This document shows positions 1-11,009 of a DNA stretch of 64,000 nucleotides, piece by piece. Origin of the DNA: Paramoeba atlantica (Eukaryota; Protista; Discosea); contig CDRNVI010000148.1 in NCBI GenBank assembly GCA_977017575.1, forward strand, positions 1 to 64,000, given 5' to 3'. Position 1 is the first letter of the stretch. Each line of letters starts with the position of its first letter. The translations under genes were made by a program, and so were the position numbers. The notes beneath the pieces are model-generated. The model worked only from the letters and a program-made list of their open reading frames with translations. It was not told the DNA's origin and made no database searches.

Positions 1-178
1 GAAAAGAGAGAGGAGAAGGAGAGGCGGAACTGAAACCGGAAGAAAACCTCTCAATCACCGGAAAGGGAGGAGTTTCTTCAGGCAGCTGAGGGGATGAGAA
101 ATGCCCATACCCCCTTTGGAGGAAAGAAGTCATGTCAGGATCAATTCCTTCGTTTTTTTCTTGTTTCTGATTGCTCAT
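1..178 (-). CDS. 5' portion of a gene running off the left edge; Ser/Pro-rich N-terminus, product unknown
   Basis: ATG at 178 opens an uninterrupted frame MSNQKQEKNEGIDPDMTSFLQRGYGHFSSPQLPEETPPFPVIERFSSGFSSASPSPLSF that reaches the window edge. Confidence 0.35.
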   Translation of the reverse strand, partial: MSNQKQEKNEGIDPDMTSFLQRGYGHFSSPQLPEETPPFPVIERFSSGFSSASPSPLSF

Positions 179-445
179 GATGATTTATTGGAAGACGGTC
201 TCCATGACAGAGAGAGAGGGTGTGCTTTTTTGTGAGAACAAGGAGCTCCACCCGAAGCGGAGAAGGAAATTTCTGAATCAAAATTATTTTGTGTGTTGTG
301 CAAGAAAAAAAAGACAAAAAAAAAAGAACCTGAAGTCGTAATTCAAAGGGGATATTTTTGGTTTTGTTTTCATCTGAAAAACTCATTTCTCTATTGGCAT
401 TCATCAGTGAATTGTCATTAGCTCAATTTTGGAAAGAAGAATTTT

Positions 446-3118
446 TTACTTGTGAATTTGCCAGACCATCACAGATCCATTCTGCAAAACTACTCCCAAC
501 AGATTTGAAGCTGCAGAAACACTCTTTTGCGAAAAGAGAAACGAAAGTAAGAAATCAAGAAACAAGAGAGGAGAAAGAAAAAAAGAAAAAAAAACCTTTA
601 CTTTCCCTCCTTTGAGTTGCAAGATTTGAAATCGATTTTTCCTTCCAATACCACAACTAAACCAAAATGCGTCTCCTGTAAAAAGAGATCCTTTCCTTCA
701 AACACACGAAGGGGAAAATAAAGAGTGGGAATATACCTGTTTGTGTAGCTAAGATTGTAATATTTCCATAGTTAATTGCTTCTCTTTGGTTTGATGCAGC
801 AAGGTGAACCACATTAACTCCCCCTTTTATTGAAGGAAAAATTAATAACAAAGAAAAAACTCGAAAGAAATTCTGAAAGAGGAAGCCCAACCTGATTCTC
901 GGTGAGGATCTTTTCTTCCTGCACCAAAAGATAGCACTGTGTGATTCCTAAAATATTTGTCACAAACAAAATTTTTAGGAGATGAAAGAGATAAAAATTA
1001 CTACCTTGTGGCAACAACGGTGTGTATATGACCAGCAACCACGCATGTACAACAAACGTTCATCAAAGAAGCCACAATTCGAGGTGAGTGAACAGTCTAA
1101 GTAAGAAATTTTTGAAAGAAATTTCTCAAAAATATGGAAAATGATGAGAGAGAATCAAACTTCAATTAGACCATGGCCGCATTGGCCTTGTTCAGAGGAA
1201 CCCCAAGTATAACAAACTCCATCTTTTGTCACACAAACAGCGTGAGACCCTCCAAGAGATATCTGAAAAAGAAGAGTTAAGAAAATATTTTTCAACCTGA
1301 AAAAAAGATTCAATACCTGGTGGACTCTTTTCATATTCAAAGATTTTAACAATTTTGGGACAGGAACAAAACATTTCTTGTCTTTACGATCTTTTTTTTC
1401 TTTCTCATCCAGGTCTCGAGTTTTTTTCATCTGAAACCCCAACTGAAAACAAGAAAAATGAAGAATCAAAAAAAAGTCATAAATATTTTGTTAAAAAGTT
1501 CAAAAAACTTGGCTCGATGAATTATCCCCCCAAATATAGACTCGTCCACTTTTTGTCACAACAGCTGTATTGTTGAGAGAAGTCGAAACGGTCTAAAGGA
1601 AAGATAATTAAGAAAGAGAAAAAAAGGGAGTGAGTCAATAAAAAAACCTTTGCTTTTTCATTTAATTGAACAGACCCAGGAAGATGAAAATCTTCAAAAT
1701 TGAATTTCAGTTAAGATCAAAAAAAAAAAGGAGAGAATGAATGAAGAACCAGAACAATCACCACGTCCAAGTCTTCCAAAATCTCCTCTCCCCCATGTTA
1801 ACACATCCCCAGAAAAGGACACAGCAGCTTTTGAGAATGAGAATGAGCGAATCTCCAGAAAGAAAGAGAAAAAGAGAAAAAGAAAAAAAAAACCAGAGTG
1901 ATATTGGGATGAAGAAATCCAAACAATATCGCATCCCTTCAACACTCTCACCTATCATCAAAAATTAATCCTTTTCTCTTTGACCAGTTTGACAAAAATA
2001 TCATTTACCTTTTTTGGAAATTTAATAGTGTCAGGAATATCATGCCCAAGTTGAAATTCCGCTCCACCTCCCCACCCAAACACAACACTTCCTTTGAGTT
2101 CATATTTTCTGAAAAGAGTGATTCAGTAAGAAAAAGGGAGAAAGTTACAAATTTGAGAAAAGATACATGTCCTGTGATTGTCCGTAAACACTGCACGGGT
2201 GAGAATGTGACCCACTTGACTCTAATAAAAGGTCAATCTCTTTTTCATTGACAAAAGTAAAACTGAATCACATGGAGAAAGAATTTTTCAAAAACCTTGT
2301 GGAGAAGAAAAGCTTTCTTCTTGAATCATCATATCCCCATTGGAGACTTCCTCTTCAGCAATCTGAAGAGGATTGGGGAAAATTAAAAAGAGAAAAATAA
2401 GAGAAAAATAAGAGAAAAAAAGGGAAATCAAAAAGAGAAAATGACAAGAGACCAAACTATCATCTTCATGTTTGTTTCGATGCAATAACAAATTCACTTG
2501 AACTCCTGATGGATAAATGGAAAAGAGGAAAAAACCACAAATGAATCACCAAATCTAAAATTTTAAAAAGAAAGGAAAAAAGTTTGAACCAATGGCGTCA
2601 AGAAGAATATCCACAGGGTTCCATTGATGAAGATCAGGAACGAGAAGATGTCGATAATCATTGTAAAGACGAAGAAATAATGGGATATGACCTCCAGATG
2701 CTGCCCAATGAAGACAATTCCATCTCCTTCCGTCATCTACCAGATCAACAAGACAACCTGTGACATGTCACACAAGAGGAAAAAAAGAATGGATGATGAG
2801 TCGAACACAAAAAAGAGGATTTGGAACAACTGATGAATTGAAGAGACCTTTTTGAGAGAGGAGAAGTTCGACAATTTCAAGATGCCCCCCAGCTGCAGCA
2901 CAATGCAAGGGAGTGATCCCAGCCATGTCTTTTTCCCTTCCATCAGTCCTCCCAACAATCGCTTCCTGCAACTCAAACTCATCTTCTTCTTTTTTGGCTC
3001 GATTATCTCTTTTCTTTTTCCATTTAATGTTGACAGAGATTCCAGAGAGCAAAGCATTCTCAACTTGTTCTACATCACCAACCCAGGCAACTCTCCAAAT
3101 CCAAAGAAGTCCTTCCAT
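446..3118 (-). CDS. Multi-exon protein with N-terminal ankyrin repeats and C-terminal RCC1-like repeats
   Basis: Ankyrin motifs ITPLHCAAAGGHLEIVELLL (~2850-2910) and WNCLHWAASGGH (~2690-2720). RCC1 motifs GDVLTWGRGDFGRLGRG (~1760-1810), ISLGGSHAVCVTKDGVCYTWGSSEQGQCGHG (~1170-1260) and CVVAGHIHTVVAT (~1010-1050). The 3' end is approximate. Confidence 0.72.
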
Positions 3119-3341
3119 CTTTCTTCACTAGAAAGAGAAAACGAATTGTTACGCCATGATCTCCCTTCTTCCGTTGAAGGTTTCGTCAAAAAAGAGAAAA
3201 AAATCAAAAAAAAAAATAGATCACTAAATTTTAGAGTTAGAATTAGGTTTCTATATTTTTGGAACTCTCAAAAACTCTTTTTTGTTTTTTTTTGGTGTTT
3301 GGTTCGCTTCATTGTTTTTTGGGGCAAGTTTTTGGAGCAAG

Positions 3342-6300
3342 ATGGATCCTCCTTTCTCTCCACGAACACCATCTTCTACTCCAAATGTCTCCCCTTTGGT
3401 GAACCGAACGCTCTCTCCAACTCTCTCTCCTGTTGGTCCAACAACCGCAACAACCAGACCGCTTTCCCCAACAGACTTTGTGATGATTCCTTCTTCTCCT
3501 TCCTTTTCTCCTCCACCTGAACCCGCTCCCCACCCCGATTCTTCTCCGACCAGTCAATACTCTCGAATCTCTCATGCAACATTCCCTCCTTCTCCACATT
3601 TGTCTCCTTCTCAATTATCAACAACAACCCCTCTCACAGTCCCCTCCTCTTCATCCTCTTCAAAAATTCGGAGAAGAACCAAAAAGCCTCGTTCTCTTTC
3701 TCGTTCTCGTTCTCGTTCTCATTCCCGTTCTCCTTCTCCTTCTCCTTCTCCTTCTCCTTCCTCTTCTTCCTCTTCATACTCTCTTTGGTTCCAAGTGGGT
3801 CTCTTGGTCATCATGACAACCATTTTAACCCATTTTTTCTCTTCTTTTTACGGATTTGTGGGGATGTGTATCTTAGTGGTCCTCTTAAGAGCAAAAAGGC
3901 CTTCTCTTTCTACTCCTTCTTCCTCTTCTGGTTCTTCATCTTCAATCTCTTCTTCAATCTCTTCTCCAATTTCTTCTCCATCTTTATCTTCTACTCGATC
4001 TGAAAATGAGTATGAACTCCGTGAACTTCCAAGTGATTTATCTCTTGAGTTAGAAATTGGGAGTTTGAAAGAGGGAGAAGAAAGAGCAGAGAGTTTTCGG
4101 GAATTAGATTCTGGAAAGAAGGATAATAAACAAGTTGAAGAAGGTGAAGAACAAAAAGACAGAGATCCTGTGAAAAGGATATCCAAAGAACATCATTTGA
4201 AACGGAATTCAAAAGATCGATACTCCACCCCACCCACTGGAGCCCACTTTTCTTCTTCTTCTCTTATCGAACCGCCTCTTCGAAAAACGACCTCACTTTT
4301 CTCATCTTCTTCAACTTCTCCATCACTTAGAAAATTCTTTTCACCACAAAAAGAAAGACGTGAGGAGCAACTCCTTCGAAATCAGCCTGCTTTTCCAACA
4401 ACAGAATCAGAACAACTTCAACGTGTTGAAGAAATGAACAAATGCCTCGAATTATATGAAGTCGAGAAAAAGAGAAAGGGAGAATCCTACAACGTCAACA
4501 AACACTTAATTCATTGTTGTGTTGTCAATGATGCTGTCATGGCGCAATTCCTCATTGAACAAGCTGGTGCAAATCCTCTCTATCATCTTACAGATCGTGA
4601 TGTGGGGATTGGAGACGAGAAAAGCAAAATTTTTTCCGCAGGAGAGACTCCTCTTGATGTTGCAACACGATTCGAATGTCAAGATGTTCTTGTAATTTTA
4701 AACGAGAAAAAAAAGAGAGGAAAGCAATGGATATTTCCTTCCATTCCTTCTTTTATGTCTCCTCTTCGAATTATGGTTGGAGATGTAAGGAGACAACAAC
4801 AGAATGGAAGTGATAGTATTATGACTCGAAGTACTGGCGATAGTACAGCAGGAAGTGGACCAACATCTCCTTCTTCAAGTGATGAAAAAAGTACCTTTTT
4901 TTCTCCTCCTACTTCTCCTTTTATTGATTCGAAAAAAGGTCGACCAACTTCAGTTCGAGTTCAAACTTTTAATCAGCCAAAAGACTCTCCTCTTCTCCGT
5001 GTCCCAAGAACACCATTATCTTCTTCTTCTTCTTCTTCTTCTTCTTCTTCTTCAGGACCGCCAAAATATGCTGTAACAAAAGCTGTTCGCCCCGCTCCTC
5101 CTCCTGAAGTTGATTCTCTTGTTGATGGTTTGAGAGAAGGTCCAAGTCGCGAAGAGTCAAGAAGAGAGTTTGCAACTATATTCTCTGCAATTGATTCTCC
5201 AAGGTTTGTTGATTTTGTGAGTGTGTGTGTTGTGGTGATTTAATTTTATTTGGTTTTTGAGAGTTTTTATGATTTGTAGGAGAGAGAGAATGTTGTTGGG
5301 AGACTGGAGAAGCAACAAAAATCAATTTTCGAAAGAAACTCGAACTCGTGCCACTGCAACAAAGTTTGTAACCATTTTACTCAGAATATCTTATTTGATT
5401 GTTTTTTTTTGATTTTTGTTGTGTTTTCTTCTCTATCTTTCTTCCTCCAGATATTACATCATGGAATATTATTGGAATTTGATCACTTATCTTGGGAAGA
5501 GAAAAGAGAGAAGAACCCGTCTTGATGAGTTTTTAAAAGAGAGTACGTCTTTTATTAAAAGAAGAGAGAAAATAATACAAAATTGGGGATCCGAATGTAA
5601 AAAATTTAACTTTTGTGACAGGGAAATACCCCAAACAAGATGCAAAGAGGATTCTTCAGGATCATTATTTTATGGAATCAAAATTTTTGAGAGTAAAAAG
5701 AACACAAATGAGAATCGAACATTTTCAGGCACTGCCTCTCTCTCTCATTCTACTCTTTCCTTTTCATTTTTTCTCTTTCTTTCTCTTTTTTATTTTCTCT
5801 TTTTGTCTTTTCTCATACAAAATCAATCCAGATTCTTTCCCTGATTGGAACTGGAGGATTTGGACAAATTTTTCTCTGTCGCAAAAGAGACACAGGAGAG
5901 ATTTTGGCGGTTAAAAAAATGTCTCAAAAAATATTGAAATTGAGAAATAAGGCTGTTCATGTGAAGAATGAGAGAGATGTTTTGGCGAAAGGGTATGATT
6001 CTCCATGGTTGGTCCATTTACTTTATTCTTTTCAAGGTTTGTTGGTATTCTTTTTTCGATTTTCCTTCTTTGTTTTTTTTCAAGTTTCCAAAAAGTTGAA
6101 ATCAAATTATTGATTTTCCGTTTCTCTTTTCTCTTTTCTCCGTCTCAAAGATGAATCCTCTCTTTATCTTGCAATGGAGTATGTCCCAGGAGGCGATCTC
6201 AGAGCTCTCTTAGACGCAATCGGAGTTCTCGCATCTGATTGTGTTAAATTTTACTCAACTCAAATGATTATGTGTATTCGCTCGTTACATTATTTGGGGT

Positions 6301-7750
6301 ATATCCACAGAGATTTGAAGCCTTCTAATTTTTTGATAGACAAAAAAGGGTAATAACTGATATCTTTTTTTATTATTATTTCATCTCTCTTTCATTTTTT
6401 TTTTAACTCGTTTTTTTTTTTTGGAAGATTTTTGAAGTTGGCTGATTTTGGGTTGTCGAAATATGGTCGTTTTGATCCGAAAAAAATTCAACGAAGGATG
6501 AGTGAACAAAAGGAAGCAGAAGAGAGAGGCCAAGGAGAAAAGAAAAAAGAGAAAGAGAGTGAGAAAAAGAAGGAACAGAAAACAGAACAGGAGAAAAAAG
6601 ATGGAGAAAGGAGGGAAGATGAGCAAACGAAAGAGAAAAAAGAATTGCAAGATGAAGAAAAAAAAGAAAGCAAAGAAGATAAAGAAAAAGAAGAAAAAGA
6701 AGAAAAAGAAGAAAAAGAAGAAAAAGAAATCAAAGAAGAACAAAAAGAAGAACAAAAAGAAGAACAAAAAGAAGAGAAAAAAGAAAAAGAAAAAGAAAAA
6801 GAAAAAGAAGAAGAAGAAGAAGAGGAAGAAGAAGAAAAAAAAGAAACCAAAAAAAAAGAAACCAAAAAAAAAGAAAAAAAAGAAAAAGAAGAAAAAGAAG
6901 CGCTCCAAATCGTAGGATCACCAAATTACATAGCAGTAGAAGTTCTGAGAAGAGAAAAATGCAATTATGAAGCGGATTGGTGGTCTTTTGGTGTCATTTT
7001 GTATGAAATGTTGGCTGGTGATCTCCCCTTTGATGGTCCTGAACCGATGGCTATTTTTATGAATATTTTGAATTACAAGTTTGTTTTTTGTTTTTTTTTG
7101 ATTTTTGATTTATTTTTTATTTTATTTTATATTTGGAGGAAAATTTTGTTCTTTCTTTTTTTCTCTTTCTTCTTTCCTCTCTACACACTCAAGAAATACT
7201 TTAAAAATCTCATTTTCTCACAAACAGAAAACATGTTGTCTACCCGGAATGGGATTCTTCCGATCCAATCGCCTCAGAAGCGTGGAAACTCGCACAAGGC
7301 CTTCTAACAGAACCAAATGAAAGAATTGGGAAAAATGGTCTTCAAGATTTTAAGAAACACCCTCTCTTTTCTGATGTTGAGTGGAAAAATTTGCGATCTT
7401 CTGAAGCCAATCCACCACCATTTGTTCCGGAGTTGGATCATGATGCTGATACAACTTATTTTGAGGATGTTGAAACGTTTCATGTTCCTCTTCCTGGTTC
7501 TGATGGGCCTGAAGATATTGTTGTGGAGAGTGAAGGGCCTGATTTGTCTTTTGCGATTCAACCGAGAAGGTTTGTGGGGTTTACTTTCAAGAGGATTGTG
7601 AGAAAGGGGAAGGATGAAGAATCAAATGTTGATATTTCGATGAATGTTCGGTTTGATGAACATGATGGGGGGATTGATCATAAGATGGTGGAACAAGATG
7701 GATTGAGATTACCAATTGATGGAGAGAAAAAGGTTGATGATATTGATTGA
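3342..7750 (+). CDS. NDR/LATS/Dbf2-family AGC Ser/Thr kinase with a long N-terminal extension (hydrophobic segment, ankyrin-like pair)
   Basis: Spliced exons give the NTR YYIMEYYWNLITYLGKRKERR..FLRVKRTQMRIEHFQ, then ILSLIGTGGFGQ, AVKKM, ERDVLA, LAMEYVPGGDL, HRDLKPSNFL, LADFGLSK, GSPNYIAVEVL, DWWSFGVILYEML, PPFVPELDHDADTTYFED and the hydrophobic motif RRFVGFTFK. Confidence 0.92.
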
Positions 7751-7909
7751 AATGTCAAGTATTTATTTTGGGAGAAATAAAAGAAAAGAAAATGAATGAT
7801 GTGAAAAAAAAAAAACCTGTTTTTGACTTTTTGTGGTGTTGTAAATTTCGTTTTCGTTTTTTTTGTTTTCGTTTCCATCACCACAGTTTTGGGCAACCTC
7901 CCCTACCAA

Positions 7910-8683
7910 ATGAGGTTGTTGCCACCATTTTCTGTGGTATTCAGACTCCTCTCTTTATTCTTGTATACTTGCTCTCCCCGAGCCATCTCTGAAAAAACAG
8001 AAGAAGGGGTGTACACTTGGATAAACCCTCCTGAATCTGGAATTGTTCAACATCCTCCGTATGATGGAGCCATTCCAACAATCCTTCTCTCAACTTATCC
8101 AACTTCTGGAAGCACTTTCATCTGGAAGGTTTGGGAGTTGGCTCGGGGAATTGGAGCGCTTTCTGTTTTCAGGGAGGGTGGGGAGTCTTTGCAAGATGGA
8201 ACGTTTGCAGGATCTCCTCATGGTGGCAAGTTGGACAGAATATTGAGGGTTCAAAGTCACCAAGTAACAAATTTAACAAGGAAACAGATCCAAGGAATGA
8301 TTCGCTCAGCTACACCACAAGAGCCAGTCCTCGTCAAGAACCATTCCCCAATTTACAATTTTAAGTTTAAGAATAAGAGATTGATTCTGGGAGTGATTTC
8401 TGTCTTGCGGGGAGATGTGAGAATGAGTTGTGTTCGCCATCATCCCCAAACAATTTGTAAATACTCTTTAGAGAAGTTTCAGCACTATTGGGAGCTTTAT
8501 TGTGCGAATCACAACCTCCCTTATGTTGTCTATCCATATCGCGATCTCATCTCTACACCTTTCGTTGTCTTTCGAGATATGTTTGACAAGTTTGTTCCAT
8601 TTGAGAAGATCCAAAATGATAATCTCACCATGGCCATTCAGTATGCTCAAATGGCTCACTCTCATGAGGGAAGAGCTTTGTGA
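7910..8683 (+). CDS. Sulfotransferase-like protein (WSCD-like) with N-terminal signal/anchor; single exon, 257 aa
   Basis: ORF from MRLLPPFSVVFRLLSLFLY; 5'-PSB-like loop LLSTYPTSGSTF and VLVKNH resembling the KTH motif. Confidence 0.6.
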   Translation: MRLLPPFSVVFRLLSLFLYTCSPRAISEKTEEGVYTWINPPESGIVQHPPYDGAIPTILLSTYPTSGSTFIWKVWELARGIGALSVFREGGESLQDGTFAGSPHGGKLDRILRVQSHQVTNLTRKQIQGMIRSATPQEPVLVKNHSPIYNFKFKNKRLILGVISVLRGDVRMSCVRHHPQTICKYSLEKFQHYWELYCANHNLPYVVYPYRDLISTPFVVFRDMFDKFVPFEKIQNDNLTMAIQYAQMAHSHEGRAL

Positions 8684-8795
8684 AATGTTTGATTTTGGTT
8701 GATTGGATTGGAAAAGTCGATTCTAAAATTTGGGGTTCTATTTTTCTTTCTCTTTCATTCATCTCGGGAGAGAGGAGAGGGAGAGAGAGAAAAGA

Positions 8796-9185
8796 ATGAC
8801 GGAAGGGATGACAGAGATGTGGGTGATCACTCTCTGGTCCACCGAGATCCTCCTCACTTATGAGATGTTCACCCATTCTTCTTTTCTTCTTTTTGGGTTT
8901 GTTCCTCAAACTTCTTCCTTCTGGTATGAGTTGTTACGCTTCTTCGATTGTTTGGCGCATCTTTTGGGATTTCTGGTTTTTGGATCTGTTCTTCATCTCC
9001 TTCAGTTTTTCTACCATTTGATGAAATTCATTCCCCCTCTCGCTTTTCTTAGAAAGTTACAGTGGATGAACTTTCTCGACGCGGCGATATACATGTACTC
9101 TGTCTTTTTGTATTCTCGCCCATCTTCTTTTCTTGGTGGAGCGGTGATTTTCGTTTTTCTTCGATCCTTCTCTCTCACTTGGTAA
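8796..9185 (+). CDS. Small hydrophobic (multi-pass membrane) protein, unknown function
   Basis: 129-aa ORF MTEGMTEMWVITLWSTEILL... with several hydrophobic stretches and non-repetitive sequence. Confidence 0.5.
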   Translation: MTEGMTEMWVITLWSTEILLTYEMFTHSSFLLFGFVPQTSSFWYELLRFFDCLAHLLGFLVFGSVLHLLQFFYHLMKFIPPLAFLRKLQWMNFLDAAIYMYSVFLYSRPSSFLGGAVIFVFLRSFSLTW

Positions 9186-9379
9186 TTATTACCAATTCAG
9201 GAATGGATCTTTAAAATTTAATCTCTCACCATCTTTTGTAACATATGCCTATTTTTTTAATCGATGTGGATGTGAATATTATTTACTCATCAAGATTGTT
9301 GAAGATTTTTTAATGAAAAAAAAAAATTTTATGATTTGAATAAATAAATTGTAGTTGTTCATCAAAATATCTGTTCCTC

Positions 9380-10680
9380 TCAATTCCATCCCATCTGAAC
9401 ACCAGTCGCATTTTCCAATCGGTTTTTAAACCCTTCATACCCAATAATCTCTCTTAAAAGTTTTCGAGAAGAAGGAAGCATTGGAGCAATTGTTTTTCCT
9501 AATCCTTGACCATGATCACTTCTGGCATTCACTCCTTTTTTTGCATTCACATTTACCGCAATTTGAAATACTTTTGGATTTCCTTGAAATCTATTGTTGT
9601 CAAAAAAGGATTCATCAGTTCAACAAAGTAATTTTTTTTCTCAAATTCAAAAAAAAAGACCAACTTGTCAAGTTTCAAAAAACGATATAATTCAGTCATT
9701 GTTTTTCCCCCAAAACTATACAAGTTCTCAGCCGACAAAACAAACAAATTCTCTCTCCCCACATTCTCCACAATCGAATGAAATTGGCTTTCCCAATGAG
9801 GAAACTTAAAAGGACAGTTCTGAGTCCCATTATTAACACACCTCGTTCTCAGTAGCTCATCAAAATGAGAGGGAGATCGAGTATGTTGTTTCGATGTCCA
9901 TTCTCCAGCTTTACAATTCCCATCAATTTGACGATTGCACCAAAAGTTGTAAGTGGAATAAACCCAATCGTCTGGTTGGCGATAGGTAATTATGAATTTT
10001 GTTGTGTTTCTGAACATTCCTGGGTTTTTTGGGGTCCAAAAAAATCCTTTTGGAGATCACGATCAGTTTATGGAATTGAAAAAAAGAAAAGAAAAGAAAA
10101 GGAAGTGGGGGAGATGAAGAAGATGAACCCGAAATTTTCTTTCCTTTGAGAGCACAGGAGGGAACCATTTCAAAAAAAGTCGATGAATGTAACTCTTTTT
10201 TTTTACAGACAACCTAGAAATCCAGAAAAGAGGAAGGAAATGAGAAAAAAGAGAGAAATTCTTTTGACAGCTCTTACAAAAAAAAAGATGGCTAACTTGA
10301 TGATGTGCACAAATAAACTGAAAGAGAGCGGATGTTCCAGCCTTTGCTACCCCAAGAATAAGAAAAGGAGGTGCACAAGCCTACAAAAGAACACGTTTGT
10401 TTGGGAAAAATGAAAAGAAACAAAAAAGAGAAAACAAACATAATTACAACTTGTTTTGTGAGGTGCTTTCCTGTTTCGAAACAAATCAGGTTTTGAGAAA
10501 AAGAAAGAGGGAGGAAAAAGAAAAGTCTTTTTCAAACCGAAAACAAGCTCGAAGAGGAGCTTTTGAAGAAATTGAAGGATCAGCAACAAGCTTCGTCTTA
10601 TTTGTAAATTGAAAAACCATTTGAGCATTCAAAGAAAGAGAGAAGAGAGACAAAAAGAGAAGAAAAGGGACCCATCGCAT
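9380..10680 (-). CDS. Secreted/type II membrane sulfotransferase (Sulfotransfer_1, heparan-sulfate-ST-like); 6 exons
   Basis: Signal MRWVPFLLFLSLFSLSLNA; PSB motif PFLILGVAKAGTSALFQF; 3'-PB motif YRQPDDWVYSTY. Exon structure matches the paralog at 41761-43898. Confidence 0.85.
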
Positions 10681-11009
10681 CTCTCCTCTCCCAAATCGAC
10701 AAAGCTTGAAACCAACGCAGCTTGAACTGAAGAGAAAGGAAAAAAAATCACACGAAAGAAACGTCTCTTCTTTTCTTTTTGGGGTGGAAAAATGACTTCG
10801 GATTCGGTTCAGACCTGGCACGGAAAATTGTGAGAAAAACTCTGCACTTTGAACTTCAGGAAAACAGTTTGATTTTGCCAATAATTTTTTTTTGTGTTCT
10901 ATTTTATGTTTCGTTTGGGAGATCACATGAAGAGTTTTTTTGTGAAGGAAGTTGAGTCAATTGAGAGAGAAGTTCTTCTGGGATTCTATCATTCTAATTT
11001 CAAAAATTT

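Noticed and set aside
6381-6924. Overlapping poly-Phe, poly-Lys and poly-Ser ORFs on both strands
   Set aside because: They are alternative frames and antisense of the E/K low-complexity kinase insert. The same applies to many F/L/S- or K/R/E-rich ORFs from CT/GA-rich introns elsewhere in the ORF track.
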